Source of the DNA: Candidatus Poribacteria bacterium
Lineage (GTDB): Bacteria; Poribacteria; WGA-4E; JAJDTR01
DNA length: 64,000 nucleotides
Assembly: GCA_965222225.1 (NCBI GenBank)
Contig: CBDCTK010000002.1
Span: 4,608,001 to 4,672,000, forward strand
Reading direction: 5' to 3'
The notes under the pieces were generated by a model. That model was given only the letters and a program-made list of their open reading frames with translations, was not told the origin of the DNA and searched no databases. This document shows, piece after piece, positions 1 to 10,402 of this stretch; positions within the stretch are counted from its first letter, which is position 1, and the number at the start of each line of letters is the position of its first letter. The position numbers and the translations under genes are program-made.

Positions 1-554
1 TGGTGAGGAGTCTGTCCCTCGTAGACGTACTTGTTCGATTCCGCGTTAATTGCCATTGACTGCGCCTTCTGATCGTAGGTCACCGAAAGTGCTACCAGTT
101 CAATGCCGTCTTGTGCGATCTTATGCCAATCCGCATTCTTCTCCGGATCTGTGGGATGATTGCCGGGATCCGGAACACGGAGCGAGTAGACAGCCGCTTT
201 GCCCTCCACCGATTCGGGAACTACAAGCAGCGGGTCGATTTTTCCATCCTCGTTGAGATCCACCCGATAATTCACCTCCGAGTCGTCCATGATTTTCTGG
301 CTCAGTTTCTGGACAACCTTTTGCTGAAATTCTTTGGACTCGGGTTTTTTCGTGGGCGCAATTTCTTTAAAGACCTCCTTAAGCACATCCGGGAGGATTG
401 CCGGGTTAAGTTTGTCGGTCAGGTCAATCTTCGCCGAGACCTGCGATCTGCCAACGCCGACCGGAACGTCCTTTGAACGATTATCGCAACCTGCCAAAGC
501 CACTAACATGACACACAAGAGACAACCAATCAGCGCTGCGGAATTTTTTTGCAT
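1..554 (-). CDS. Lipoprotein, function unknown (runs off the window edge)
   Basis: Not in the ORF track; hand translation from ATG at 554 with GAGGAG RBS: MQKNSAALIGCLLCVMLVALAGC (lipobox LAGC), later an EF-hand-like DLNEDGKID; open to base 1. Confidence 0.8.
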   Translation of the reverse strand, partial: MQKNSAALIGCLLCVMLVALAGCDNRSKDVPVGVGRSQVSAKIDLTDKLNPAILPDVLKEVFKEIAPTKKPESKEFQQKVVQKLSQKIMDDSEVNYRVDLNEDGKIDPLLVVPESVEGKAAVYSLRVPDPGNHPTDPEKNADWHKIAQDGIELVALSVTYDQKAQSMAINAESNKYVYEGQTPH

Positions 555-565
555 TAGATTCTCCT

Positions 566-1444
566 CTAGAATGCGAGCCAAACAGAACCGATAAACGCAG
601 CCGTCAAAAGACCACCGCCGATGACAGCATACGGATTATAGTAGAATGGATCGTAACCACATCCATAATCAATCACTTCCTCTTCGTATTCCTCAACCAC
701 CTCTTTCCGCGTCGTCATGGATTGGGGCGGATTTAGGTACTCACCATCGTCGTCGTCATCCTCTTCTTCTTCCCATCTTTTCTTGGTTTCCTCAATACCC
801 CGTTCAATCACGTCGAGCATCACGTCATCTCCGGATATCTCGTCCCCCGTTTCCTCGTCAACATAAGCTAAATCCTCGGGCCAGAGGTTTGTATTTACAA
901 TCTCTTCAACCTTCCCCCAAAACTCGTCGGAAACCAGATCGAATTGCCACGATTTCTCCATTCCGATTCTTCTTTCGGAGAGAAGCGACATGAAGGCTAT
1001 CGTGAAAGGGTTGAGATCCGTCTTGTGCCCTTCTCCTTCAGCGAGTCTCTGTTTGTAAATACATACGGCTACTCGTAAGTCTTCCCAGGTCGGCCGCCCC
1101 TCTTCGTCGAGCGCCTCCCAATCCGCGTCTTCATCGGCAAATGCGCCTTCACCCAAGTCTACACCGGCAAATATATCGTATGTTAGGATAAAGTCCCACC
1201 AACGTGCAATGAAATTGTGGTAAATCATCTCTCCCTTTCGGGTCGGTGAATAGTATTCGGCGCCTTCCTCAATAGTCCAATGCTCATCGAAATGTTCATC
1301 CAGTAGGTTTTCAAGAAACTTATAATCGCCGCTTAGCAAAACTGGCGGCAAATCCTTTTCTTCAATCATGCGATACAGGAGGAATCGGGAAGCCAACTTC
1401 GTCTTTAGTTCTTGATCCATTTGAATCTTTCTTTCAGACATCAC
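566..1444 (-). CDS. Acidic hypothetical protein with C-terminal hydrophobic anchor
   Basis: 292-aa ORF with GAGGAG RBS, poly-E/D tract and C-terminal TM-like segment; 11 nt upstream of the lipoprotein gene. Confidence 0.8.
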   Translation of the reverse strand: MMSERKIQMDQELKTKLASRFLLYRMIEEKDLPPVLLSGDYKFLENLLDEHFDEHWTIEEGAEYYSPTRKGEMIYHNFIARWWDFILTYDIFAGVDLGEGAFADEDADWEALDEEGRPTWEDLRVAVCIYKQRLAEGEGHKTDLNPFTIAFMSLLSERRIGMEKSWQFDLVSDEFWGKVEEIVNTNLWPEDLAYVDEETGDEISGDDVMLDVIERGIEETKKRWEEEEDDDDDGEYLNPPQSMTTRKEVVEEYEEEVIDYGCGYDPFYYNPYAVIGGGLLTAAFIGSVWLAF

Positions 1445-1497
1445 AAACTCCTCGCGCCACTAGCAATGACTATCAATAATCGCCAATGCGAAATCTC

Positions 1498-1526
1498 TTG
1501 ACAATTTCGTAGGGATACATTATCAT
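1498..1526 (+). promoter_or_regulatory. Sigma70-type promoter for the tRNA
   Basis: TTGACA-17 nt-TATCAT ending 13 nt upstream of the tRNA. Confidence 0.7.
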
Positions 1527-1539
1527 TCAAGTCCACGAC

Positions 1540-1613
<74 letters not shown>

Positions 1614-1879
1614 TCATCATCATCCCACCTTTTGTTCTTACCCACTCTTATGAGGCGTAGAGTTCCGAATTAGCGCCGATGTTCAATTATACTCTTGATT
1701 GACAATCGCTGTCAATGATTTAGATTCATCTGGCAAGAGTGAACTTTCTCCCACCCTTTGACAGCGATGAAGGAGATTTGCATCTCTCACAAGGACTGTA
1801 CGACACTTTCTAATCATTCGTCCGCGGCTTCAGGTCGTGCGTTCAAACGTCAACCAAACCCAAGAGGATACATAATGCG

Positions 1880-3283
1880 TCAATCAGCGCTGTGTAGGGC
1901 CAACCTGCGTTTTCGCGTGAGTGAAATGGAATTCGTCACAATTGAATCAATCTCTTCACGGTCCAAACCCATTAACCTCAAAAGGTAGAGTTGGAAAATC
2001 AACTCTACTTCCAGATAAAGAGACGGTAAATCCACCTTAGCTACTTCAGACTCCAAAGATTTGTCACGATGTGTTAGATAATTGCGCATAATCACAATCT
2101 GATGAATCAACACGCTTCGTTGTCTCTTGTCTCCCACGATTTCTTTGAATGGCGCAATAATCCACTTTATTCTTTTTCTTAAGGATAACTCATTTCCGTA
2201 GGCTAATTTTTCATTTAACCATCTCTGCTTATCGACCGGACATTGAGCCAGGAGGTATTTCTTTAAGTCCTCGAATTCGGATTGGTCCATCTGTGTGTCA
2301 TTTGAGGTCCTCCTATGGCATACTTCCAAACCTTGCACTAAGGTCAAGAATTTTACCTCAACGTATTGCGGTTCCGGCATTTGCGTCCAAAAGTACAAGT
2401 CTAATGTGGGTGCAAGTTGCTCGTAAGTATCTAGCCAATTATTAATTAAACGTTCAGCTTCTTCACGTATCATCTTAAATCCGAATAGCATGTTACTGCC
2501 ATAGTTCTTTGAATCGCTCTGAGAGGGCACCCAGCTCTGATAATAGATGCGAATCGGAATAACCTTTGTGACATCCTTTACAGGGCCTTGGCTTGGACCA
2601 TGTGAAGTTGCTAATATACTATGCAAACAGACGGCTTCGTTCATGGCGAAACGCAAAAATTTCGTGAATCTATGAGCAATCAGTATAAATTGGTCTAACT
2701 CGCGCAATTCCGTAGAAACTAACTTGAGATAAGTTTTCTGGCTTATACTTGCCTCCTTAGCATTCGAATTTGTCACTGGAGCTGTCCAAGCGAACGCGAT
2801 TGAGAATTGCAGATGTTTTTGGAGATTCATTGAAATCTCTGCAGGTTGTTGATATGAGATAGTTGCTTTGTTTTTTCGAAATTTTTCGTCAACCTTCAAC
2901 CCGGTTATTCCGATCCATTCATCAAGGCCTTCTACGCTAAAGGTTACAGTCTTAAAATGGGGTATTTCTTCCTCAGCATAGGAAGCCCCCAGAAACGCTC
3001 TAGACACATGAAGAATTGATTTCAATATCCCTCCTCTAAAATCAAGTGTCCTTGTTTTCTCAGAGCAATCATCCAGAGAAACAGGACCATCTTTTTCAAC
3101 CTGGCCCACTATTCGTTTCACATGATTGTCGTTAGGTCCAATCATTCCACCGTCCAAAGACTCTAGTACCTCCAGTTCAATTATCCCTCCATCTGATATG
3201 GAGAGCGTTCCAGGTACTTTTCGGTCAGGTGTACACGGTAGCCAAAAATAACCGAATCTCTTAAACTCTTCCTTAACTCTCAC
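1880..3283 (-). CDS. ApeA-like protein (ApeA N-terminal domain + HEPN), putative anti-phage RNase
   Basis: N-terminal GYFWLP...VPGTL signature; C-terminal FLTLVQGLE and Rx4H motif RNYLTH; AT-richer than flanks. Confidence 0.8.
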   Translation of the reverse strand: MRVKEEFKRFGYFWLPCTPDRKVPGTLSISDGGIIELEVLESLDGGMIGPNDNHVKRIVGQVEKDGPVSLDDCSEKTRTLDFRGGILKSILHVSRAFLGASYAEEEIPHFKTVTFSVEGLDEWIGITGLKVDEKFRKNKATISYQQPAEISMNLQKHLQFSIAFAWTAPVTNSNAKEASISQKTYLKLVSTELRELDQFILIAHRFTKFLRFAMNEAVCLHSILATSHGPSQGPVKDVTKVIPIRIYYQSWVPSQSDSKNYGSNMLFGFKMIREEAERLINNWLDTYEQLAPTLDLYFWTQMPEPQYVEVKFLTLVQGLEVCHRRTSNDTQMDQSEFEDLKKYLLAQCPVDKQRWLNEKLAYGNELSLRKRIKWIIAPFKEIVGDKRQRSVLIHQIVIMRNYLTHRDKSLESEVAKVDLPSLYLEVELIFQLYLLRLMGLDREEIDSIVTNSISLTRKRRLALHSAD

Positions 3284-3587
3284 TCAGGTATCCTCCCAAT
3301 GTGGTTAGCGCGGTGGTTAGCGCGCGGATGATTCTTGACCTAGCAAATTAGACGCCGCCAAATGTCCAAGGTTGAATCGCTATACGTCCACCCATGAGGT
3401 CAAATCAAAATCCTTGATTCTCAGGCTACTTTTTGCTATAATCGCTGTGGGCGATTGGCAAGCTACTTTATGCCCATCTCACTTTAATCTGACAATCACC
3501 GTTACTGTGATTGTCAGTTCAGGAGGAAATACTTCTACCAATCTGTCTAATCTTTCCTTCTCGCACTGGAAAAAGCGATCAAAGCCC

Positions 3588-3689
3588 GTAGGTTGGGTTG
3601 AAGGAAATCCGTTAATAAGTGCTAGTCTTAGAGGAGTTTTCGAGTGCCTACTTTGCCTGAATGTACCAAAATTTGAGCGAAACCCAACA
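3588..3689. repeat. REP-like element (GTAGGTTGGGTTGA...GCGAAACCCAAC) with enlarged spacer
   Basis: GTAG-led arms GTTGGGTT/AACCCAAC separated by about 70 nt. Confidence 0.5.
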
Positions 3690-3907
3690 CATTCTACTAC
3701 CATAAGACATCCTCTATGATTAAATGCGTTTCCCCTGGCGATGACCATACCTTTATTTAACAGTAGTTATAATCTATGAACGCCTGAGTGTAATTTATGA
3801 TAAAATATCCATGCCGATTAATATGCCCAAGGGCGCAGGAAAATTGCAGTTACTACGTAATTTTAGCATACCCAAAAGAAACACAACCTTGAACGAGGGA
3901 TTTCAGC

Positions 3908-5554
3908 ATGCCTACACTCGATTTCAAAGGAAAACAACATATCTACGCCCACCATCTTTCCGTTCCATACCAGCCTCTTGAACCTGACGAAACATGCTCC
4001 TGCAACCCGACCGGAAGTGAAGACGACAATCTCATCATCCACGGGGATAACCTGCACGCTCTTAAAGCCTTACTGCCTCGTTATGCGAACCGAGTGAAGT
4101 GTATCTACATCGATCCGCCCTACAATACCGGTAACGAGGCGTGGGAGTATAATGACAACGTAAACAGTCCGCTTATGCAGAGATGGATTAACGAAAACGG
4201 GCCTGTCGACAACGAAGACCTCGAGCGTCACGACAAATGGCTCTGCATGATGTGGCCAAGGCTACACCTACTCAAAGAACTTCTTGCTGAAGATGGTGTC
4301 ATTTTTATCTCAATTGATGATAACGAGCACCACCACCTCCGAATGTTAATGGAGGAGATTTTTGGGGACAATAATTTCAGAAACGTAATTGCCGTCCGGC
4401 GGGGTGTGAAGAATGTTCAAGCCCAATTCGATCGGATTGACCGACTTAATATAGGGTCAGAGTATATAATGTTTTTCAGCAAATCTCACGAAACTAGATT
4501 TGGCCATTTGACCGCTAATACAGAAGGCGATAAGTGTGGCGGATGGAACAATCACTGGCGTGGCACCGATAGACCAACGATGCGATATGAACTAATGGGC
4601 ATAACACCTGAAACAGGGCAGTGGAGATGGAGTGAAGACAGAAGTTCCGCGGCCATACACAACTATGCGCGCATGCTCGAAGAATGTGGACCGACACCTA
4701 GTCAAGCTGAAATCGACGAGTGGTGGTTTGCTCAGTCACCCCAAAAACCTGATTTGTTGCGAATGTCTACGAGAAATCGGCCGGAGCATTACGTACCCCC
4801 AGCAGATAAACGCATACTAAGTTCCCTTTGGACGGATTTGGTTGTTAATGAATCCTCATCAATGACAAAGGCATTGAAAGTGGCCTTTGCAAATCCAAAG
4901 CGCACAGATCTCATGAAACGTGTTATTGATTACGCCACGGCTAACGATGAAAATGCCATCATCCTTGACTCATTCGCAGGATCAGGAACTACTGCTCATG
5001 CGGTCCTAGCACTAAACAAAGAAGATGGCGGTAGCCGAAAGTTTATCCTCATTGAGTGCGAAGATTACGCCGACACGATTACCGCGGAGCGCGTCCGCAG
5101 AGTCATCAACGGCGTACCCGATGCCAGCGACGCTTCACTGCGTGAAGGATTAGGCGGATCGTTCACCTACTGCACATTGGGACCACCGATGGAGATAGAA
5201 GGGATGCTCACCGGGGACGCGCTTCCGCCTTATGAACCACTCGCTGCCTATCTGCTTCATACCGCCTCTGGGATTACACATGGTGAAAGCCGGTTGACAC
5301 CGAAAAACGATGATGGTCTATTTTACAGGGGAGACAAAGTCGATTACTATATGCTCTACAAACCCAATCTTGATTACCTGTGCAGCAATGAGGCGATGCT
5401 AACTCAAGATCAGGCAGAACGCATTCGGGACGCTAGTTGTCGCAATGGAAGGAAGGCAACTGTATACGCACCCGGAAAGTACATCAGCCAGAAAGATCTT
5501 ACACCGATGGGAATTACCTTTTGCCAACTCCCACACGCCCTGCATCAAAGATAA
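3908..5554 (+). CDS. mod: Type III restriction-modification methyltransferase (Mod, N6-adenine)
   Basis: IHGDNL, motif IV IYIDPPYN, motif I ILDSFAGSGTT in beta-class order; res gene downstream. Confidence 0.93.
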   Translation: MPTLDFKGKQHIYAHHLSVPYQPLEPDETCSCNPTGSEDDNLIIHGDNLHALKALLPRYANRVKCIYIDPPYNTGNEAWEYNDNVNSPLMQRWINENGPVDNEDLERHDKWLCMMWPRLHLLKELLAEDGVIFISIDDNEHHHLRMLMEEIFGDNNFRNVIAVRRGVKNVQAQFDRIDRLNIGSEYIMFFSKSHETRFGHLTANTEGDKCGGWNNHWRGTDRPTMRYELMGITPETGQWRWSEDRSSAAIHNYARMLEECGPTPSQAEIDEWWFAQSPQKPDLLRMSTRNRPEHYVPPADKRILSSLWTDLVVNESSSMTKALKVAFANPKRTDLMKRVIDYATANDENAIILDSFAGSGTTAHAVLALNKEDGGSRKFILIECEDYADTITAERVRRVINGVPDASDASLREGLGGSFTYCTLGPPMEIEGMLTGDALPPYEPLAAYLLHTASGITHGESRLTPKNDDGLFYRGDKVDYYMLYKPNLDYLCSNEAMLTQDQAERIRDASCRNGRKATVYAPGKYISQKDLTPMGITFCQLPHALHQR

Positions 5555-5690
5555 CTAGGAACAGGCGATGGATTCCCTACTTCAAACAATGGTTGTATCT
5601 AGTTTTTCCATGCCATCGGCTATTTTCTCACCGTATCAAACGACCGATCTGAATTCTGAATGAAGTACGTCAGATTCAAGGAATACAGTC

Positions 5691-7226
5691 ATGAGACAAT
5701 TAAGTGAAGCAACTATGAAACATTGGCGCGAGGCAAAAGAGGCTTGCCTAGAAAACGCCCAAGAACTGCTCAACTCGGCGAGAGCCTTGAATGGCAAAAA
5801 AACTGCTCATATTCGCTATCATCTGGCAGTGCTTGCGATGGAGGAAGTAGGTAAAGTTGGGCTTCTCGCGGTGGAATTTACAAGGCACGTGTTTGATGAA
5901 GATGACATTGAACCAAATCTTGCGCTAGACAACCATGTAAAGAAGCTATTTTGGGCTATCTTCACACCACTTATTGAACAGAAACGATTGACAAAAGAAG
6001 ATATTGAATCATATAGAGGTCTTGCTAAGAATGTCCATGAAAGACGCCTAGAATCTCTATACACAAATCCACAAACGCCACTACTTCCGCAAGATAGAGT
6101 TGCAGAAGAGGAAGCGATTAATTTAATAAAATTCGCCGAATCACGGCTAAATTTGGAACAAGGATACGATATTTCTGATATTCCCGATGAGTCAAGACTA
6201 GAAGACTTTTATTGGTTTTACTCTGCTACAAATGATAAAGAAAAACAATGTCAAATTTTGAGCACTACTTCCTTGGATAAATTAGCCGACTTGGGAAACG
6301 TCCACGAATGGATTAAATGGCTACGCGCAGAGTTTAAAAAAAGTGAGGAAGAATCTAGGGAAATCTTGCAGCGGGAAATGGCAAAAGGTGTGGTAGGGGG
6401 AGTTGAAGGTGATGATCCAAAGTGGAAAGTAAAATTCCGTCTATATAGCGCATCACACTCGATTCAACGAAAGGGTTTGAAAAAATGGAATGAAATTGCC
6501 AGATCCTTTATGAAACTTGATAATCCCAACAAGCGAAGAAAGAACGAGATAATCTGTCAACTTACTTTAGCTAAGCGAGTTTCTGTTCAAGCCCTATGGG
6601 ACACTGCATTGGGAATTACTAGGAGTTTTGTTGCCGCATTGAATATAGGGTCTATGGGGTTATTTTGGTGGCATGTTGACAAAGATATAGCGCGGTTTTA
6701 TGAGAAGATCCTGGATATAGAAAATGATGCAGAACCAAAAGTCCGTATTTCCCCTCAATTGAGTGTGGACTGGGGACACCAAGCTTTGACAGAAGATGAT
6801 GCGATTGAAACACACCGTGTTTTCGGTTTTCTCCTGAAACCCAATCGCTTCTCCGAGCAAAAGAGACACGCTTTAGAAATATACCTTACCGGATTGGTGT
6901 TGACAAGCAAGATTGACATTCACCTACGTCTTGAAGCAAGTGCATTTGAATATTTCTTTAAGGCGTTAAAGACCTTATTTGCTGCTAGTGGTGACTGGGA
7001 CGGTCATACAGACCTCAAACTTGCTGTTGAAACTCAACTGAATCAGATTCTTCCATCCATAACAGAACTGTCCGACTATTTGGAACTAGGGATGCGACTT
7101 GAAAGAAGGGACAGTCTTTTCAAACCAATCACTCTAACGGAAGTCGTCGGAATGAAATTCTATTGCGATTCTTACTTCATCTTGTTAGCCCGGAGGGAGA
7201 TTGCTCGACACAGAGCCCACGCGTAA
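5691..7226 (+). CDS. AbiV-family (HEPN-fold) abortive infection protein with long C-terminal extension
   Basis: N-terminal ~130 aa matches the AbiV pattern (CLENAQELL...LAVLAMEEVGK...HVKK...RRLESLY); remaining ~380 aa unrecognised. Confidence 0.75.
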   Translation: MRQLSEATMKHWREAKEACLENAQELLNSARALNGKKTAHIRYHLAVLAMEEVGKVGLLAVEFTRHVFDEDDIEPNLALDNHVKKLFWAIFTPLIEQKRLTKEDIESYRGLAKNVHERRLESLYTNPQTPLLPQDRVAEEEAINLIKFAESRLNLEQGYDISDIPDESRLEDFYWFYSATNDKEKQCQILSTTSLDKLADLGNVHEWIKWLRAEFKKSEEESREILQREMAKGVVGGVEGDDPKWKVKFRLYSASHSIQRKGLKKWNEIARSFMKLDNPNKRRKNEIICQLTLAKRVSVQALWDTALGITRSFVAALNIGSMGLFWWHVDKDIARFYEKILDIENDAEPKVRISPQLSVDWGHQALTEDDAIETHRVFGFLLKPNRFSEQKRHALEIYLTGLVLTSKIDIHLRLEASAFEYFFKALKTLFAASGDWDGHTDLKLAVETQLNQILPSITELSDYLELGMRLERRDSLFKPITLTEVVGMKFYCDSYFILLARREIARHRAHA

Positions 7227-7342
7227 GATCATCCCATTTTGTCCGTCTGCATATTAGAATACTGCTGATTCGGATTTACCACAACCTAGTTAATCGAAGT
7301 AAGAGTTTTTCTGACTCCATATCGTAATAAGCAGATGATACT

Positions 7343-9901
7343 ATGCTGGAATTGAAAACTTACCAGACCCGCGTCCTTGATGCTTTTACCAGTTGGTTGG
7401 ATACGCTTGAAACGGCACAACAACAATCCGAAACCGCCATTAGTGCATGGCCAGAGGCTGCTGGCGAAATCCCCGACGCGGTCAAAAACTATCCTAGAAT
7501 GGCGTGGGAAAAACTGTCGGAAACCGGTGGCGTTGCTGACAATGCGCGTGAATACGTTGACCGCACCGACGAGGCGAACCGCCCAATTCCGCATATATGC
7601 TTCAAAGTGCCTACTGGCGGCGGCAAAACCCTGCTCGCGGCTTCTGCTCTGGGACGTCTCAATCGACAAACCGGATTGACATTGTGGATTGTTCCAACCA
7701 AGGCAATCTATCAACAAACGAAAGCCGCGCTCTGGAATCGGGAACACCCCTACCGCCAAACCTTGGATCGTGCCAGCGCAGGCAGAGTCAAAGTGTTGGA
7801 AAAGGACGACTCTTTCAACCGAGACGACATTGCCAATTACCTGTGTGTGATGCTATTGATGTTGCCGGCAACCAACCGGCAAAAAGGGAAAGAATTCCTT
7901 CGTATGTTTCGAGATTCCGGACGTTATCTCAGCTTTTTCCCCGAGATTGATGATGTATTCGGCGATGCTCGACTGTTAAACGAATGCCCTGATCTGGAGT
8001 GTCACGGTCAACGTGGTCACGTCAAACAGAGCCTGTTTAACGTTTTCAAGATACTGCGTCCCGTGGTGGTTCTCGACGAGGCGCATAAAGCCTATGGAGC
8101 GAAAAAGAGGGAATCTAACGAGGAATTCGCCCGTTCCATCTCCCGCCTTAATCCCAGCATGGTTATTGAGCTCTCCGCGACGCCGAACCGTGGCATCAGC
8201 AATCTGCTGGTTGACATTGACGGTCCCGATCTCAAGAAGGAGGAGATGATTAAGTTGCCGGTGCAGGTGACATCATTCCCCAATGCCGAATGGCAGTTGA
8301 CACTAAGTCAGGCAGTGGAAGAGCTGGATCTGCTTAACGCTGAAGCCGAATCGCTCGGCAAAAACACCGGGCGTTATATACGCCCAATCGCTGTCGTGCG
8401 CGTAGAGAGAACAGGAAAAGATCAGAGGGATGGGGAAAATATCCATGCTGAAGATGTGCGGCAGTATCTCGAACAGAATTTGCATGTGTCCTCAGATGCA
8501 ATTCGCGTGAAATCCGCCGAAAACGATGAACTTGGCAGAGAAGATTTGCTCTCCGAATATTCTAAAGTCAAGTGGATAATCACAAAATCGGCGTTGATGG
8601 AGGGGTGGGACTGCCCGTTCGCCTACCTGTTAGTGATGCTAGACAACACGCAATCACAAAAGGCGATTACCCAACTTGTCGGCAGAGTCATGCGGCAACC
8701 TCACGCACATCTCACTGGGAGACAAGCGCTGGATCGGTGTTACGTCTACTGCCATAACGCCGAAGTTGGCGCCGTCGTCAAGCAGGTCAAAAACGGCCTG
8801 GAAGCGGAAGGATTAACAGGCTTGGGCGACGAAGTATTAGGAACGACCGTTGCAGAACAAGCGGATACAGTTCGGAAAACCGTGAAACGACGCGAGCAGT
8901 TTCGCGACGAGGATATCTTTCTGCCGAGGGTTTTACATACAGATGGCGAAAATTGGATTCAACTTGATTACCAGCGACATATCCTACCGTATATAGACTG
9001 GTTAGCGATTGAAGCGCCCGACTCGCATGCATCTGCGCCTGCGAGTGTAAGACGGCAATCCGCAACGGTTAATCTTGATGATAGACCGTCCATTTTTCAT
9101 GATGACCTAGAATTGCAAATTGACAAATCAGTTAAAGTATCCGACCTCGCACGCCATCTTTCCGACGTTGTCCCGAACCCGTGGCACGCTGCACGCATCG
9201 TGCGGCAGATGATTAAAAGTCTTAAAGGGGAAAATTACAGTGAGACAGATATCTATGACCGTCGTGCTTACCTCGCTCAAGTGCTGCGCGAGCACGTGAA
9301 AAACGAAGTGGAAACGCAAGCGGAGGACGTCTTTCGGGACAAACTGAACGAGCACGAAATTCGCTTTGATTTGGAGACAGGCCAACCAAATTACCGGATG
9401 GCAGGAAGCTATGAGATACAGGTTGGTCCTAATGATAGACCTCTCATAAGAAGAAACTATGAACCGGTGCAGCTAACCCTGTTTGAGCCGGTATTTGAGC
9501 GCGAGTTCGATAACGAGTTGGAAAGAAAATTCGCATACTATCTTGATGAGCAGTGTGCGCTGCAATGGTGGCATCGTGTAGCGGCGCGCCAACAGGGGGA
9601 ATACTATCTGCAAGGGTGGAAGCAGGGGCGCATTTACCCGGACTTTGTCGCGTTGGCTAATGGAGGTGCTGACGAAAAGCGCGTTCTGATATTTGATACA
9701 AAAGGCGAACACCTTGCCGGTAACCTCGACACTGAATACAAAAGGAAAGTGTTAGAAACGCTTGAAGGGACGTTTAACGCCGCTGGTACACTGAGACTAC
9801 ACGAAGGCACGACCGTTAAAGGCGTATTTCAGTTGATTTTCAACAGACACCTTGAGACGGACTTTGCAGAGATTACCCCATTGCTAACGGGAGAACTATA
9901 G
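7343..9901 (+). CDS. res: Type III restriction endonuclease Res subunit (SF2 helicase + PD-(D/E)xK nuclease)
   Basis: Walker A VPTGGGKT, DEAH, SATP, EGWDCPFAY, QLVGRVMR, C-terminal IYPDF...FDTKG. Confidence 0.92.
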   Translation: MLELKTYQTRVLDAFTSWLDTLETAQQQSETAISAWPEAAGEIPDAVKNYPRMAWEKLSETGGVADNAREYVDRTDEANRPIPHICFKVPTGGGKTLLAASALGRLNRQTGLTLWIVPTKAIYQQTKAALWNREHPYRQTLDRASAGRVKVLEKDDSFNRDDIANYLCVMLLMLPATNRQKGKEFLRMFRDSGRYLSFFPEIDDVFGDARLLNECPDLECHGQRGHVKQSLFNVFKILRPVVVLDEAHKAYGAKKRESNEEFARSISRLNPSMVIELSATPNRGISNLLVDIDGPDLKKEEMIKLPVQVTSFPNAEWQLTLSQAVEELDLLNAEAESLGKNTGRYIRPIAVVRVERTGKDQRDGENIHAEDVRQYLEQNLHVSSDAIRVKSAENDELGREDLLSEYSKVKWIITKSALMEGWDCPFAYLLVMLDNTQSQKAITQLVGRVMRQPHAHLTGRQALDRCYVYCHNAEVGAVVKQVKNGLEAEGLTGLGDEVLGTTVAEQADTVRKTVKRREQFRDEDIFLPRVLHTDGENWIQLDYQRHILPYIDWLAIEAPDSHASAPASVRRQSATVNLDDRPSIFHDDLELQIDKSVKVSDLARHLSDVVPNPWHAARIVRQMIKSLKGENYSETDIYDRRAYLAQVLREHVKNEVETQAEDVFRDKLNEHEIRFDLETGQPNYRMAGSYEIQVGPNDRPLIRRNYEPVQLTLFEPVFEREFDNELERKFAYYLDEQCALQWWHRVAARQQGEYYLQGWKQGRIYPDFVALANGGADEKRVLIFDTKGEHLAGNLDTEYKRKVLETLEGTFNAAGTLRLHEGTTVKGVFQLIFNRHLETDFAEITPLLTGEL

Positions 9902-10057
9902 TTTTCCTGCCCGAAAGCGTAGGACGATCGAGTGAAACCCAATACCTCATTTATAGCCCCCATCTCCTGATAGCGAATTCTTATTCGTGAGCAAATCGCC
10001 CCCTCCGTTCTTCCATCCTTCCCCATTTCTTTCCTCCCGCAACGGATCGCCTTAAGA

Positions 10058-10086
10058 TTGACAACTATACAATTGTGTAGTATGAT
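10058..10086 (+). promoter_or_regulatory. Sigma70-type promoter with palindromic operator-like spacer
   Basis: TTGACA-17 nt-TATGAT; spacer contains near-perfect palindrome CTATACAATTGTGTAG. Confidence 0.7.
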
Positions 10087-10402
10087 TGTAGCAGAGAATA
10101 AGCAACTGTCTATAGAAATACAACAACAGCGGTAGGCGTCTGGCAAGGAATCCGATAACTGAGAATGGGCGTCTTTGCCCAACGCCCTCTTTGGCTTCCA
10201 ACATCGCCATGAATGTTCGTCCCATGCCAACCCGTCATCGCGGCGGAACTTTTTTTCTTGTTAGCATTTTGTTAGCATTGTCATTCCTGAGAACCCGCAC
10301 TACCAAAGGAAACATCTATTTCAGAAAATGCTAACAAGCACGCTTAAATCGATTCTCCGTCGGCATCATGTGCGGCAACATCAATAGATTTTGGATACCA
10401 CC

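Noticed and set aside
3301-3324. Integron attC site flanking the ApeA-like gene
   Set aside because: GTTAG cores are on the wrong strand and no paired inverse core or integron integrase is present
9990-10005. attR copy of the tRNA 3' end
   Set aside because: Only a 9-nt match (AATCGCCCC), expected by chance
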